Of a stretch of 64,000 nt of DNA, positions 1 through 13,300 are shown in pieces (positions within the stretch are counted from its first letter, which is position 1; every line of letters starts with the position of its first letter). The translations under genes and the position numbers were made by a program. The notes beneath the pieces are model-generated. The model did not search any database. It was not told the origin of the DNA and saw only the letters and a list, made by a program, of their open reading frames with translations. The DNA comes from Gekko japonicus (taxonomy: Eukaryota): contig NW_015173138.1 of NCBI RefSeq assembly GCF_001447785.1, positions 546,176 to 610,175 of the forward strand, read 5' to 3'.

Positions 1-142
1 ACTGTGCTAAATGGATCATTGATCTTCTTGAATACAGGAAATGCTTTATATGTGCTTGACAGTTCAGAAAAACCAATTGCTTGACGGAGTGTGCTCTGAC
101 TCTGACAGTGTATACTTTTCAGTTTCACCTAGTTATCACAAT

Positions 143-479
143 AGAACATAAGAAGAGCTCTGCTGGATCAGACCAGTGATTCATCTAGTCCAGCATCCTG
201 TCTCACGCAGTGACCAACCAGTTTCTCTGGATGGCCAACAACAGGGCATGGAGGCCAAGACTGTCCCCTGATGTTGTCTCCTGGCTCTAGGTTTCAGAGA
301 TTTAGTGCCTCTGAATGTGGAGGGCCCCCCCCCCCGTCCCATGGCTAATAGCCACTGATAGACCTATCCTCCATGAATCTACCTGTTCCCCTTTTAAAGC
401 TGTCTATGCTTGTGGCCATCACTATGGCAGCAAATTCCACATTTTAATCACTCTCTATGTAAAGAAGTATTTCCTTTTG
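143..479 (-). mobile_element. CR1 LINE 3' end fragment
   Basis: Begins agaacataagaagag (reverse complement of the CR1 octamer-type tail), then the typical ctggatcagacc...tagtccagcatc 3'UTR and aaattccac...gaagtatttcct ORF2 end. Confidence 0.75.
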
Positions 480-904
480 AAGTAGCAGGATACCTTTGTT
501 ATGACCAGCTTTATAAGACCAGCTAGTTCTCACAGCAGACTTAAACCTATTGTGCTATTTACCCAATGCTGAGACAGTTGGGAGATTTTATCCTGTTTGG
601 TATAGAATATATCCTTTATGTCCAGTTTCTGTTGGTGATACAACTTACATGATAAGAACTGATTTTCTGATTCTGGAAATGCTCCATTGCTGTAGCATGG
701 GGATTCAGTGATAATAAGAGATTTGCAGTGCAATCCTAAACAGAGTTGGCAGCCTTAGGAAAATGCAACTCTATTTAGGATTGCCATATAAACTTAGCTG
801 TTTAAGCACGTTGACCTTTTTTAATGGGAAACAAACCATAGGAATGGTTTTGGGTGGCTATTGCAGATGGGGATCTCCAGAGGAAATTCCTCCAATGGGC
901 CTTA

Positions 905-1134
905 GTAAAGGTAAAGGTTCCCTTGCTCGAAAGCCAGTCGAATCCGACTCTAGGGTTGCGGTGCTCATCTTCGTTTCAAAGCCGAAGAGCCAGCGCTGTC
1001 TGGAGACGTTTCCGTGGTCATGTGGCTGGCATGACTAAACACAAAGGCGCACGGAACGCTGTTACGTTCCCACCGAAGTGGTACCTATTTATCTACTTGC
1101 AATTTCTTGCTTTCGAACTGCTAGGTTGGCAGGA
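905..1134 (-). mobile_element. Sauria (Squam1-type) SINE, 5'-truncated
   Basis: (ACCTTT)n tail on the minus strand; perfect 13-bp TSD ccaatgggcctta at 892-904 and 1135-1147; near-identical to the copy at 3972. Confidence 0.88.
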
Positions 1135-3971
1135 CCAATGGGCCTTAAGAAGTTCTTATTGCTACCCTCTAAGATCTTTCCATTATTTTCAGCAGAATGC
1201 CTATTACACGCTCAACATCCCTGTACCCCAGTTTTACAACCCTTTTGAAGGATAGTTTTATGCTATTTTCTAGATTTTATTTAAAGATCTAATAGTATGC
1301 AGCACTTGTTTAATGATGAGCTGTCAACAGTCCTAATGTTTAGAGGAAATTTGCAAGATATTTCATTGACAGTGAAATAGGTTCTGTACAATATGGCTGG
1401 ATAGGATTGCTCTTATAGTTTCATTAGAATAAATAATTCTCTCTCTTAAAACATAGCTGATCCATTTCCAAACTAAACTAATATTACATTTGAAGATGAA
1501 TACTAACTAGGGTGGGGTTTTTTGAAAAAAATTGAAAACATTTTATTTTTAGCAGGCTGTTTTAATTAGTAGCAGTATTAAAATTGCTGATTGAAAATAG
1601 CTTGTGAGGCTTCTGGATTTCTTTAAAGTTGTTGGGAGGCATTTAACCATGTTGCTCTTTTGAACTTGATGCCTACAGGGACATTTTATACTTTTATTTT
1701 TCTTTGAAACCAAAACCTTTCTTTCTTAGTTTTAACAGATTAAATTTCTTAAATTCTAGGGTTTATGCAAATGAATCAATGGCAGTAAATCTGTAGGCCT
1801 TTTATGACTATATTAAACTGGAGAAAATGACAGTCTACAAGCATAGTATGCATGAATGGTGTTTGTTGGTGGACAATAGTGGAAGTATTACTGAATCTTT
1901 CAGTTCTCTCAGATCAAGGAAACACACATGCTCTTTCAAATAAGTTTAGCCCAGTCCATCACATGTTTTCTTAGAAGTAAGCCCCACGGGGTTAGATCCT
2001 GTAAGTGCAAGGCTTCTCATTGATGTAGATCTTTTAAACCCATATGTAGCTACCTTATATGGATTCAGTTCTGTTTCCAACAGCAAGAGTGAGTTTGCTG
2101 ATTCAGATCTAAAGAGAAAGTTTCTTTACACAAGCAGAGGAGAGGGCGGAGGAAGCATGCCAGTCCTTGGCTTGGACCTGATGTCGAAAACAGGTTTTAG
2201 CCATCACATGTGAACTGGACCTATTGATGTCAAACAATGAGGTTATATTACCATTGTAAATGGGCCTGGTTTTGGGGACATTAATGAATATCAACCAGTA
2301 TAATTCAGCAGTATATTGCAGCTGCCTTGAGCCAAGATGAAAGGTGGGGTATAAATATTTTAATAAATAAAATATTTATTAACTTATTTTTATATTATTA
2401 ACTTAGAAGGTTTATATCCTACCTTTCTACCTTAAAACACTCCAGGTGGCTTACAGGAGGAAAACACAAACCCCAGTTACATCCAGGCAATAAAAGAGGC
2501 TGTGTTTTTTTTAACAAGTATAGTGCAACCATTTTCCTCTTTAGCTAATGTTGCATTGTTCCCCCTTAAGATGGTGCTTGTGTTGTTCAAATTTAAAAGT
2601 TCAGGCAGCTGGAAGGAGAATTAATTCATCTAGCAAATATAATGCTCAAGTAATATTGAATAAAATATTTATCATAATAAAACCTTCACACCTTCTACCC
2701 CCTCTCAGGATAGGAGGAGTTCAGTGTTTCCTCTAATTTCCCCCACCCCCACCAAGCGGAGCAATTCACATGCTGAGCAGACTATAACTGCACACTGCTG
2801 TAATCTTAAAATGGGCAATAGGCAGTGCAAGGCCCTGCACAGCTCCAGGATGCTGTTGAGTGGGGCTTCCTGTGTTAATGACTGACCGCTCACAGTTTAG
2901 AGGGAACAGTGGGAGACTTCCAGAAGACTTTTGTTTACAGGATATCCTCATTTAAGGATATCAAGTATGGACCTTATTTCAGAACATCTCATCTCCCCTC
3001 TCCCCCAAGCTTCCAATTCCATTGAGTAGAACATATTTGGTCAGCAGAGTTCCTGTTTCTGTTTGGAATGTTGATCTGCTCCCTCTTGAAATCTTCAGTG
3101 TTCAAATGGGAGGAAAAATCCTCCAAATAACTACTTGAAAGATAAGGACAGATCTTGTCACTTATCTTTTTGGAGAATGTACCTGGTACCGGTAAATGAT
3201 TGATAACAGTCAGTGTTAGTGCTGGGTTTCAAAGTCTGCTTGATGGGAATGGAATGGTGCCTTAAAGAATTCCTTTTGTGCAAAAACTGTCTCCTGGGTC
3301 AGCGGCATCCTTTAATGGAGGCATGGGTGAACAATCTGTACTTTGCACATAGAAATCTTGCCCCCTCCCCCTTCGTATTTCTTTATTTTATAGGATTTCT
3401 AGGCCTGCTTTCTGCCTGTCTACCTTTCTCTCCTCTATCCCCCCCAAGTTTTCAGCCCAAACAGAAATTAAAAGCCAATAGAAATATCAATTAAAATATC
3501 CCATCTCCTGATTGATTTAGTACATCTTTATCCCATCCCTTCCTCCAAGGCATTCAAGGTAGCAAATAGCATTCTCCCTGCCTTTATTTTGTCTTTACAA
3601 CAGCCCCGTGTTATTGGTTAGGCTGAGAGAGAGCGATGGGCCTCAGTTAACCCAGAAAGCTTCCGTAGTTCATCGGGGTTATGAACTTGAGTTTCCAAGA
3701 TCCTGATCCAGCACTAAACATTACACCAACCTGGCTGCTAAGCTTCACTGCCTTCTTGATTTCTTTGTTCTGCACCTCCCACCCACCTTGTTTCCTGCTG
3801 TCTTTCCCACAAACGGCAAGCAACCATTCCTGTTCTTCGATGTCTTATAAGAACAGAAATTGTAAAAATATACTAACATTTCAGAACAGGAACATGACAG
3901 CTCCACCTGTTTTGTTTTTCCATTGCCTTCTAAAACTGTCTGAGCTTTTTTGGCTATCAAATATTAAGCAT

Positions 3972-4323
3972 AGGTAAAGGTAAAGGTTCCCTTGCTCGAA
4001 AGCCAGTCGAGTCCGACTCTAGGGTTGCGGTGCTCATCTCCGTTTCAAAGCCGAAGAGCCAGCGCTGTCCGAAGACGTTTCCGTGGTCTTGTGGCCGGCA
4101 TGACTAAACACCAAGGCGCCCGGAACGCTGTTACCTTCCCACCGAAGTGGTACCTATTAATCTACTTGCAATTTCTTGCTTTCGAATTGCTAGGTTGGCA
4201 GGAGCTGGAACTAGAGACGGGAGCTCACTCCGTCATGCGGCAACTTGGGTCTTGAACTGCTGAACTACTGACCTTCCACAGCCTGCAGTTCAGCGTCTTA
4301 ACCATTTGAGCCACCGCAGTTCC
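3972..4323 (-). mobile_element. Sauria (Squam1-type) SINE, full length
   Basis: tRNA-like head (ggctcaaatggttaaga on minus), (ACCTTT)n tail, perfect 11-bp TSD atattaagcat at 3961-3971 and 4324-4334. Confidence 0.9.
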
Positions 4324-7300
4324 ATATTAAGCATCGTGTTACATAAATATGAGCACTGCCTCAGGTACCCTCAGAGTCTCAGGCTGTTGGAGCTCTCTAG
4401 CCCTGTTCACAAGTTACAGTGAATGCTTGTATAATCCATGTACGGTGGACATTTGATATTTCTTTATATACACACTGAGTAATTCTCATATTACATCCAA
4501 CTCATGTACAACTGAACATGTGGTTAAAATCACACATTCATCCAGGCACTAGTCCCTGGTTTCATTTGTGAGGTGAAAGAACAATGGCTGTTTTGTGTAC
4601 ACATATACATGCATGGAGCTCCAGAATGGTTTGCCAGAAGAAGTGAGGAGGGCCTCTACTTTGGCCCAGTTTCACAGGCAGTAAAAAGCCGCCCTTTCTG
4701 GTGGGCCATTGATGGGTATTAGGGTGGGTGGCAGATCACGTTGGTGACTGATGATGTTTTAAAATGTATGACATTTTTGATTTAATGTCTTGTTGCCAGT
4801 ATTGGTAGGCTTTGTACACCGCCTTGAGATTAGGATGAGAATGGTTGGACAAGGAAGCTTTAATAAACAAAGGATTTTTAAAAATTGTTTGTTCGAAGCA
4901 TACTGATAATTTTCTGTGGGAATGCTACCCACAGGAATGTTTGCCTGAAAGAAGCTACCTTTATCAGCACCTGCCAAAGCAAATCAGAATTCATGAAAAT
5001 TAGCTCATTAGTATTACCTTTTTTTAAAAAAAGGGCTTCTAAAAGTAAATATTTCTCATATAATGAGGTCATTAATTGTTGTTAACCTTCTAGTGGAGTT
5101 CACCTTTTCCCCAAATGCTGAGGCTGTTATTCACTAGATCTGTCAAACTTTAGACTTGGCGACTTAAGGCCACAATCCAGCTTCTATTTACGAGCTTAGT
5201 TTGACTTCTGTGGATGGTTAAAGCTTGGGCATTGGATTGCAGCATGAATATAGCTGAGGCAAAATGATGGTGCTTAATTCTGTCCTCAGCGTGAGGGCCA
5301 GCAGATCAAAGGGAGAGGGAGGGGGCTAGGCCCACAAGGACCCCCACTACCTTAATTAAAATCCCCACTGGAATGACCTAAGCAAGCAACAATATTGTGA
5401 AAAAAATTCTCCCTTGCTCCCCCCCCGCCCCCCCCCCCCACCCCGCTCAACATGATGGGGAAGAAGTTCACAGCTTGCCAAATTTTATGTACTGAAAGTG
5501 TTAGGCTAAGTGGACACTCTAATCAGTCAGCCCTGACAGAATGAATACTGGGCCAAATTCACATGATTGTTTTACACACTTGTTCATTTTGTAGCTTGCT
5601 CCATCCCAAAGCATAGCGTGGGTGATAATACAGACAGGAAATAAAGCAGTTTAACTACAGTTGACAAAACTTCTTGCAAATATTAAAACCCTTGCCATAA
5701 AAAAGCCAGAAGACATTGTTTTAAAAAAAATTATTTTGTTTTCAGACTTGACTTAGGCAGAGGAAGGATATTCCACAGTTGGGGAACTTCTTAAGGGTCA
5801 CTTGGTAAAATATTCTTGTTAAAAGGACCTTGGTTGTAAAATTAGTACTTGCTCGTTTTCTAGACTCCCCCCCCCCCCCCCCCATTAGCAAGTACGCTAC
5901 ATTTGGGCTATTACATAACCATTTTACCATGTGACTTTTAAAAGGCAAAGTAATGTCATGATGTTAGCCATCTCAAAACATGTGTAAATTAGGCTGTTTA
6001 GAGGGCACCATGCATTCTCTTTATTTAGATATAAACGTATTTATAGCCCTTTTCCAGGTATGTTCAAGGCAGCTCTCAAGATCAATAAAACAATTCATTA
6101 ACAACAACAAACCAAACAGCAGACAGCTGGAAATAAACTGATTACAAAGTAGTAGGCAAAGCTTACCTTACAGGGCAAAATCAGAAGATAAAATCAAGTA
6201 GTCTAATATTAGGGCACAGGAACAAAATAATTATTACCAGTCAAGCCAAATCAGTGGCTGAAATTAAAAAAAAAGTCTTTCATGTCTCCTTAGTGACAAT
6301 AAGTTCCAGGAGAAGACCACCATGAAAATACCCCTTTATCAGTTGTGACCCACCTCAGCCCTCAGGCTGGCAACCAGCAGGAGACCAGCTGGCATGTCTG
6401 TGTGGGGCAGCTCTGGCCAGTGGGGCCTGGAACTGGATGGGGGGAATAGACATTGCTGGCGACACCGCTATCAGCACAACCTGGAAGTGATCTCATTATG
6501 TAGGGATGACACTGTAGCATTTGTCCAAAACTCCGTGATTTAACCATAGTGTTTTGGCCAAATGCTAGAGTGTTGCCCCAGGTGGTGATATCACTTTTGG
6601 GTTGTGCCAAAAGGAATCTTGCCAGCAATGCTGATCCCCACCTTTTCCTCTCCCATTGGCCCACTGAGCAGTGGCAGGAGAAGACAGCTGCTGGTGGAAG
6701 GTCTGCAGCCAGTCCAGGAGACTTGGCAGCTCTAGCAAGATCTCAACTGACCTTTATGTCTTAAGATCATGGAATGCCCTCCTCCATCCACAGCCTGTTT
6801 GATGCAGATGTGTCTCCTTAATGTGGGTAACTCTGGTTGCAGATAAAGCGGAGAATGTGCTGTGGGAAGATCTGATTTAAAGAGGAACAGTTGAGGAACC
6901 TCACCATTCTCAGAGTTTATCCCCCCCTACAGTTTGAACCAATCTAGGAGAAAAGCACCTAACGGTGGGAAAGTTGTCTAGGCAGATGAAGGGTTCTGGA
7001 CCCCTCACCAACATACCTCTTTTGCTCTTTAAATTGGCTACCACCCACTGTACTTCATATGTGATTTGGGCAGACCCTTGTTTATAGAGACAGGTCTGCT
7101 CCAAGCCATCTATTTTGGATCCTTGTGTAGTTAAACTTGGCCATATAAGCAAGGCTTATTTTTGGTCATAATGTTATATAAGATGGTAGAGTCTTTTTTG
7201 TTTTCAATCAGTAGGCCCATTTCTGTTGGTAAGTCAGATGTACTGCTTTTGTCCATGAGTGGTTTTGAAACATATTCTTTTATCATAATATGAACTAAGT

Positions 7301-9085
7301 TTTGTATCTACACACAGAGACACATATGTGTTCAGTACAGACATTTGTTCCATTTTATATAATTACACAATGACTCTAGAGTTTGAATGCAAGAGGCAGA
7401 TGGTACATCTCTGCAAATAATGCTTTGGTCTTAATTGTGAACACTCCCCATTTTATTATGGAATCTGGGTATTTATCATGGAGTCAGGCTGTGCTGAAGA
7501 ATTCATAGGTGTAGCTCATACAAAACCATAGCTGGAGTTTCATAATTGTCTTCAGTAGCATAAAGATTGGATGGATGGGTTCCCAGCCCCCCCATATATG
7601 ATCATAAGGATATATTTAAAGGTCATTGTGTAACACATATGTCTCAGAGGCAATACACATTTTAACAAAAGGGTCAAATTATTCCCAAAAACATGTTCAT
7701 TTTTTTGTTTTTGTTTTTAAGCAAATGAACTAATATGGTGGTTTTTAAAAAGTCATTCACACTGTATTTCCTTTGAAGTTGTAGTTCTTCTTTGTGAACA
7801 GTTAAATCTTTTAAATCTCTCGTTTGCCAGACAGAATTCAATCAAAGGGCCAGAGAGATTCCAGCATGCGTTTGTACATTCCTTCTGGGCATTTTTGCAA
7901 GGGAGGTTGTTGTGCTTTTAAAGGTACTTGATAAGAGACCTGCACCACCAACCCCAGACCTGCACCACTAACCACCATCATACATTAGTCTAGAAGGTAT
8001 TTGGGTGTACATATTGCTGTACCACTCTGTACCACCATTTATCCAGGAGAAATATCTGACCATTTGCAGGATACATTATAAATCAGAATGTCACTACCAG
8101 ACAATCAGATTTCAACATTCCTCACGTAAAGCAGTTTTCCTATGGTACATCCCGAAAGAGTATATCACTTAGCTGTGTTTATGAGTGGTGATACGGCTGG
8201 TTTTCTGTCAGAGCTTAGATAACCTGTTGTCTGTTTATTTCATTGTGAGAACTTAACGGCCGGCCGTTCCTTCTTTGTGATGGGTCGTTTAGTATAATGG
8301 AATTTAATTTGTTTTTGGCACTTGTTTATTAAGAGAAGGGGCTATTTAGCTTTGATAGACTACACACAACTAGAAAGAGTTTTTTGTTTTGTTTGTTTCC
8401 TGTGTGCTTTCAACCTTTATAGTTCCTAAGGCGATGTCAAACAATACTTGATTGAATATGTTTATAGGGAACACATACTCAACTGCCCAGATTTCTTTTA
8501 GTCCTTGTGCTAGAGATCATGTAGCTCCTGACAGCCACAAGAACATAAATTCCCCATCTTGTGACACTAGAAGGAGTAAAGGTATTGTTCTCTTATGTTA
8601 GTAATAATGTAATGCCTGAATGTGGTTTTATAGAATTAGAACCTTCAGTTATTTTCCTCATGTGTCCCAGAATTTCTAAATCAGTGTTTTTTAAAAGTAT
8701 AGTATTAAAATGTAGATGGGAAGGCATGCTGGATTTTCTCTAGTATAAAGGGCTTCAGAGGCCCATGTATATATCACTTGATCTCCAGCTCCTAGATTAC
8801 TCAAGACAACAATTCTCAGCTCCACATACAAAATGTCTCAATTGAAAACACTTGTCTACCTGCAGTGATTAATCTGTGATGGGTTATCATTTGCTGCATG
8901 TGTTGATTTATACTTTAGATGTTAGTAGTTTTGTTTCATGTCAGGTGTGTCTGTTTATGAAATGAAATGTGGGAATGGAACAGGGAAATGGAACAGTGTT
9001 ATACTACAGCACACTGGAGGAAGGTTTGTTCCGTACCTGTATAAGTGACGTGAAGAGACATTCATTACCTGCATTGAAATACCCA

Positions 9086-9515
9086 TTCTCTCTCAAGGGG
9101 AGGTGGACACTCTGATACACTTGGGTTCTTCTTACAATCCCTGGAGGCAGGAAATTGATTGCACTTTCCATCTTCGGGGGGAAGGGGGAGCCCACTCTCA
9201 GTCTGGAGACTTCCGCAGCTGATAACAGAGGAACCCAAGCAATGTTCCCTCTAAGCTATGGAGTCTTGTGAGCAAAAATTCTATTTTGTGAGCTACTGGC
9301 ATTAAAGTTGTGAGTGAGCAATTTGGCTGCTGCATAAATTAGTGGGCTCTGGAGCCATCCTTCCTGAGCCAAGACAAAAATGTGTGAGCTGGAGACTAAA
9401 AAACTGTGAGCTAGCTCACACTAACTCAGCTTAGAGGGAACACTGAACCCAAACATATCAGAGTGTCCTCCTTGCCCTCGAGGAGGAACCTTCATGGTAA
9501 GTCCAAAGTTCCGTT
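9086..9515 (+). mobile_element. Miniature DIRS1-like element (termini only), interrupted by a hAT MITE
   Basis: 9086-9130 is an imperfect reverse complement of 9446-9489. The 3' end gaaccttcatggtaagtccaaagttc matches the right-end extension of the DIRS at 18828-18853. Confidence 0.65.
9240..9445. mobile_element. hAT-type MITE, 206 bp
   Basis: TIRs caatgttccctctaagct / agcttagagggaacactg; 8-bp TSD aacccaag/aacccaaa; inverted sister copy at 63407. Confidence 0.88.
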
Positions 9516-9741
9516 CCTTTGCAACTTTCTTATGGGATGAATGAAGGCACAGGAAGGGAACAGGAAGGGCTCACCAACCATCACAGGAAAGAAAACTGAA
9601 ACATGGGCAGGCTGACTGTTTCTCTTCTGTCTGCATGTTGTGATTGCATGGGAATCCCTTACAGGGATTGCCAAAAGACATTAGTAAAACATATTTTGTG
9701 AATGGTACACCATGTCTTTCAGTATGAATACCTGGACTATG

Positions 9742-10018
9742 GAGAGCCAGTTTGGTGTAGTGGTTAGGAGCGTAGGCTCTAATCCGAGAAAACTGGGTTT
9801 GATTCCCCATTCCTCCACATGCAGCTGCTGGTGTGACCTTGGGTCAATCATAAGTTCTTTCAGAGCTGTTCTCTCAAGGGCAGTTCTCAAAAGAGCTATC
9901 TCAGCCCCACCTACCTCATAGGGTGTCTGTTGTGGGGAGGGGAAGGGAAAGGGATTGTAAACCGCTCTGAGACTCCTTCAGGTAGTGAAGGGCAGGGTAT
10001 AAATCCAATCTCTTCTTC
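9742..10018 (+). mobile_element. Squam3-like tRNA-derived SINE
   Basis: A box tggtgtagtgg, B box ggtttgattcc, L2-like 3' end, (tct)n tail; several copies in the window. Confidence 0.85.
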
Positions 10019-10291
10019 TATTGTGGGAGCTTTTCCTTTATTTTTGGCTTCTTGTTAATGTAATAAGTAATTACAATCATATAAGCAATCTGATTTACGC
10101 TATGTATTAATTGATATTTAACTTGTGGACACATCGTGTCTACTGAATCTGGTCTACTGAGCTGTCTACTGAAAGAAGAATGTGCCCTTTTCTGTGAAAA
10201 TATGACCTTATTGTTGGAGCTGTGATTATTGATGGCAATGTATACATTGTTGTTCAGCATTCATTACCTACATTTATTGTTTGCTTTGCAG

Positions 10292-10399
10292 GGTGTGAAA
10301 GTGGGCAGTTTCGTTGTGGGAATGGCCGTTGTATTCCTGCAGACTGGAGATGTGATGGAGCAAAGGACTGTTCAGATGACAGCGATGAAGCTGGCTGTC
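10292..10399 (+). CDS. LRP2: LRP2 exon 2, LDLa repeat 1 ([36 protein letters not shown])
   Basis: ttgcag acceptor, gtaagt donor, 108 nt, phase 1-1, 6 Cys plus acidic DCxDxSDE motif. Confidence 0.96.
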
Positions 10400-13300
10400 G
10401 TAAGTGGAGTCAAGATTTGAGCTTTTCAGGAAAAGCAGCACATACATCTGTCAAGTATGGTATAGTAGTTAGAGCGTTGGACTATGATCTGGGAGAACCA
10501 GGATTGAATTCCCACTGTGATATGTGGAAGCTCACTGGATGACCTTGGACCAGTTACACTCTGTCAGCCCGACCTACCTCACAGGGTTGCTGTAAGAATA
10601 AAATGGAGGAGGAGAGAACAGTGTTGTAAACAGCATTGTGTCCTTATTGGGTGGAAAAGCTGTTCTATCAAATCTTGTTATAACCAGTTGAAATGAGTCT
10701 TGTTCAGCTCAGGCTAGGAGGTGGAATCAAATGATCTACGCTATTTGGTGATAGCAACTAATTCAGGCCTAGTCTACATATGAAGAGGACTGAGATGGTA
10801 AAACTCTGAAGTGGCACGATGGGCTGTATGATATCAAACCGTTCATGCATTTGTGTCACATTCTTAATGTTCCTCCATATAAAAATCCCATAAATAAAAA
10901 TTAGGCCATCAAGGAGAAAGGTTCTAGCTTTGCCCTTTGCCTGCAGTGCTACTTTTCCACTTATGGGGGATTATTAACGTAGGGGAACTTTGAAAAATGT
11001 AGCGTCTTGTCCGCAGCGGAACTGTTGATTCTGCACCTTAACACCTTGCCCCTTCATTACCACCTCACTCTGCTGCGCATGTAGATCCAGCTGATGGCCA
11101 GGTTTAAACATGCCGGAGAATGAGGTGGTAGAATGGACTGGGGTGGCTCAGTGGCAGAGCATGCAGAATGTCCCAGATCCAGTCCCCGGCATCTCCAGCT
11201 ACAAGGTTTGGATAGTAGGTGGTGGGAAAGGCCTCTCTCTGAAAACCGGAGAGCTATTGCCAGTCAGAGAAGGCAGTGCCGACCTTGATAGCCTAAAGGT
11301 CTGGCTCAGTGTGAGGTTGCTTCATGTGTTTCAGTGGACGGCACAGCAAGGAGAAAGCTTTTATCCTCTATCTTTGCTTTTCTGGTTTTCAGTACAAGGG
11401 AATATGTGATCTTCCACCTGTAGTCTGACTTGATGCTAGGGAATGTTCCAACATATGATCTTCCACCTGTAGTCTGACTTGATGCAGTCCATCCTGTCAC
11501 CTATTACTTTTACCTCCTCTTTCTAATCTCATTTCTTGCCTATTTAAATCAGGCCCAGATTGACTTCAAAAAAGGGTTATCTGGATTTCTGGAGGGCAGG
11601 TTTTTATCTGGGGGTGTTAGCATGATAGCTAATTGGAACCTGAGTGTTTGGAAGCAGCATGCCTCTGAGTACTGGAGGCTGGGGAGAAATATTTTGGGAG
11701 GAATCTTGCTTTCGTGCTATGCAGTAGGTAGATAGGTTCACAGGCAGGCATTTTCTGGTCATCACTGGGAAAAGAGCAGTGCCCTAGATGGACCCTTGTT
11801 GTTCTAGCAGGATTTTTAAAGTGAGAGTAGGGGTGTGGGAAAAAAACACCGGTATTTTTCGAGTTTGGGTATATTGAACCCCCAAAATACCAATATTTCC
11901 TGATATTCCCGAATCCCAATATGGGTATGATATTCAGATTTGGTAAATATTTCGGAAAGCTGAAATTGTTTTGCTCTATTATACCCTATGGGGACCATTA
12001 TAGTCATATGGCTTGGAGAAGGCATTTAAAGGGCCAGTTTGGTGTAGTGGTTAAGTGCACGGACTCTAATCTGGGAGAACTGGGTTTGATTCCCCACTCC
12101 TCCACTTGCACCTGCTGGATGACCTTGGGTAATTCATAGTTCTGATAAGAGCTGTCCTTGAAAAAGAGCAGTTTCTGTCAGAACTCTCTCAGCCCCACCT
12201 ACCTTACAGAGTGTCTGTTGTGGGGAGGGGAAGGAGTTTGTAAGCCACTCTGAGACTCCTTTGGGTAGTGAAGGGTGGGGTATAAATCCAATCTCTTCCT
12301 CCTCCTCCTCCTCCTTTAAGTTTGGCTATCTGGTGGGTCCAAACATCCTGAATATTTTGGGGATTTTGGGGGCTTCACTTTTTCCGATAGCCAAAATTGA
12401 GCCCCATTCAGTAACTGGCTTAAAAATACCCCCAAAATACCAGTGGTAAGGTATTTTTCGGGTATTTTTTCAGCTTGGTTAAACCGAATGCACACCCATA
12501 AGTGGAAGACATTTTAATCTCACTGTTGGCATCTTTGATTACCCGGAGAAGATGTTGCCCATTGCCCTAAGACTGTGTGATATGGTGAGATGAATATTGC
12601 CACAGTTCAGGCCTGTAGCTACAGTGGGGCATCTTTGGGCTAGGCCCCCCAACTTACTGTCAAGTCCCCAGAATTTCCCATCCAGCCAAGGGCCCCTGAG
12701 CAGTGATGGGTGCGGGGAAAGAGCCGAGTATTCCTGCGCAGCTGTCTGGCATGAAGGACCAGCTACGGTGGCCACACGGAGCCAGACAGCACCTCTCTAT
12801 TTCTCCCAGAAACTGAATTAAAATTACCCTTTAATTTGATTAGCCAGTGCCCCCTAAGAAATTTAAATGTCTCTGACTTAAAAAATCCTGGCTACGGGCC
12901 TGCATAGTTCTACAAATATCCGTGGAAATTCAGAGATACATAAGGCCTACTGGATGTTTGGGGGCTATAGATGGCCTCATCAGTGTATCTAAACAATGGC
13001 TAGGGTTGCCAACCTCCAGGTGGGACCTGGAGATCTCTTTGAATTACAGCTGCTTTTCAGCCTACAAATATCAGTTCCCCTGTAGAAAATGGCTGCCTTG
13101 GAAGGTGGACTCTGTGGCATTGTGCCCCAGTGAGGTCTCTCCCTTCCCCAAACCCTGCCCTCTCTATGCTCCACACTCAGATCTCCAGGAATTTTCCAAC
13201 CCAGAGTTGGCAACTCTGACAATGACAAAATAGGGAAAAATAGGTTTAAAAGCTTGCTTATGTTGGCTGTGAAACCTCAGCCATCTGTGTCTGTATATTA

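Noticed and set aside
763-4255. Similar ORFs at 854-1255 and 3992-4255 suggesting paralogous small proteins
   Set aside because: Both are chance translations of Sauria SINE copies with TSDs.
7610-7685. AGGTCA/GGGTCA nuclear-receptor half-sites in intron 1 as an LRP2 enhancer
   Set aside because: Isolated half-sites without DR spacing are expected by chance; conservation data would be needed.
9742-9815. tRNA genes at SINE heads
   Set aside because: A/B boxes run directly into SINE bodies; no intact cloverleaf.
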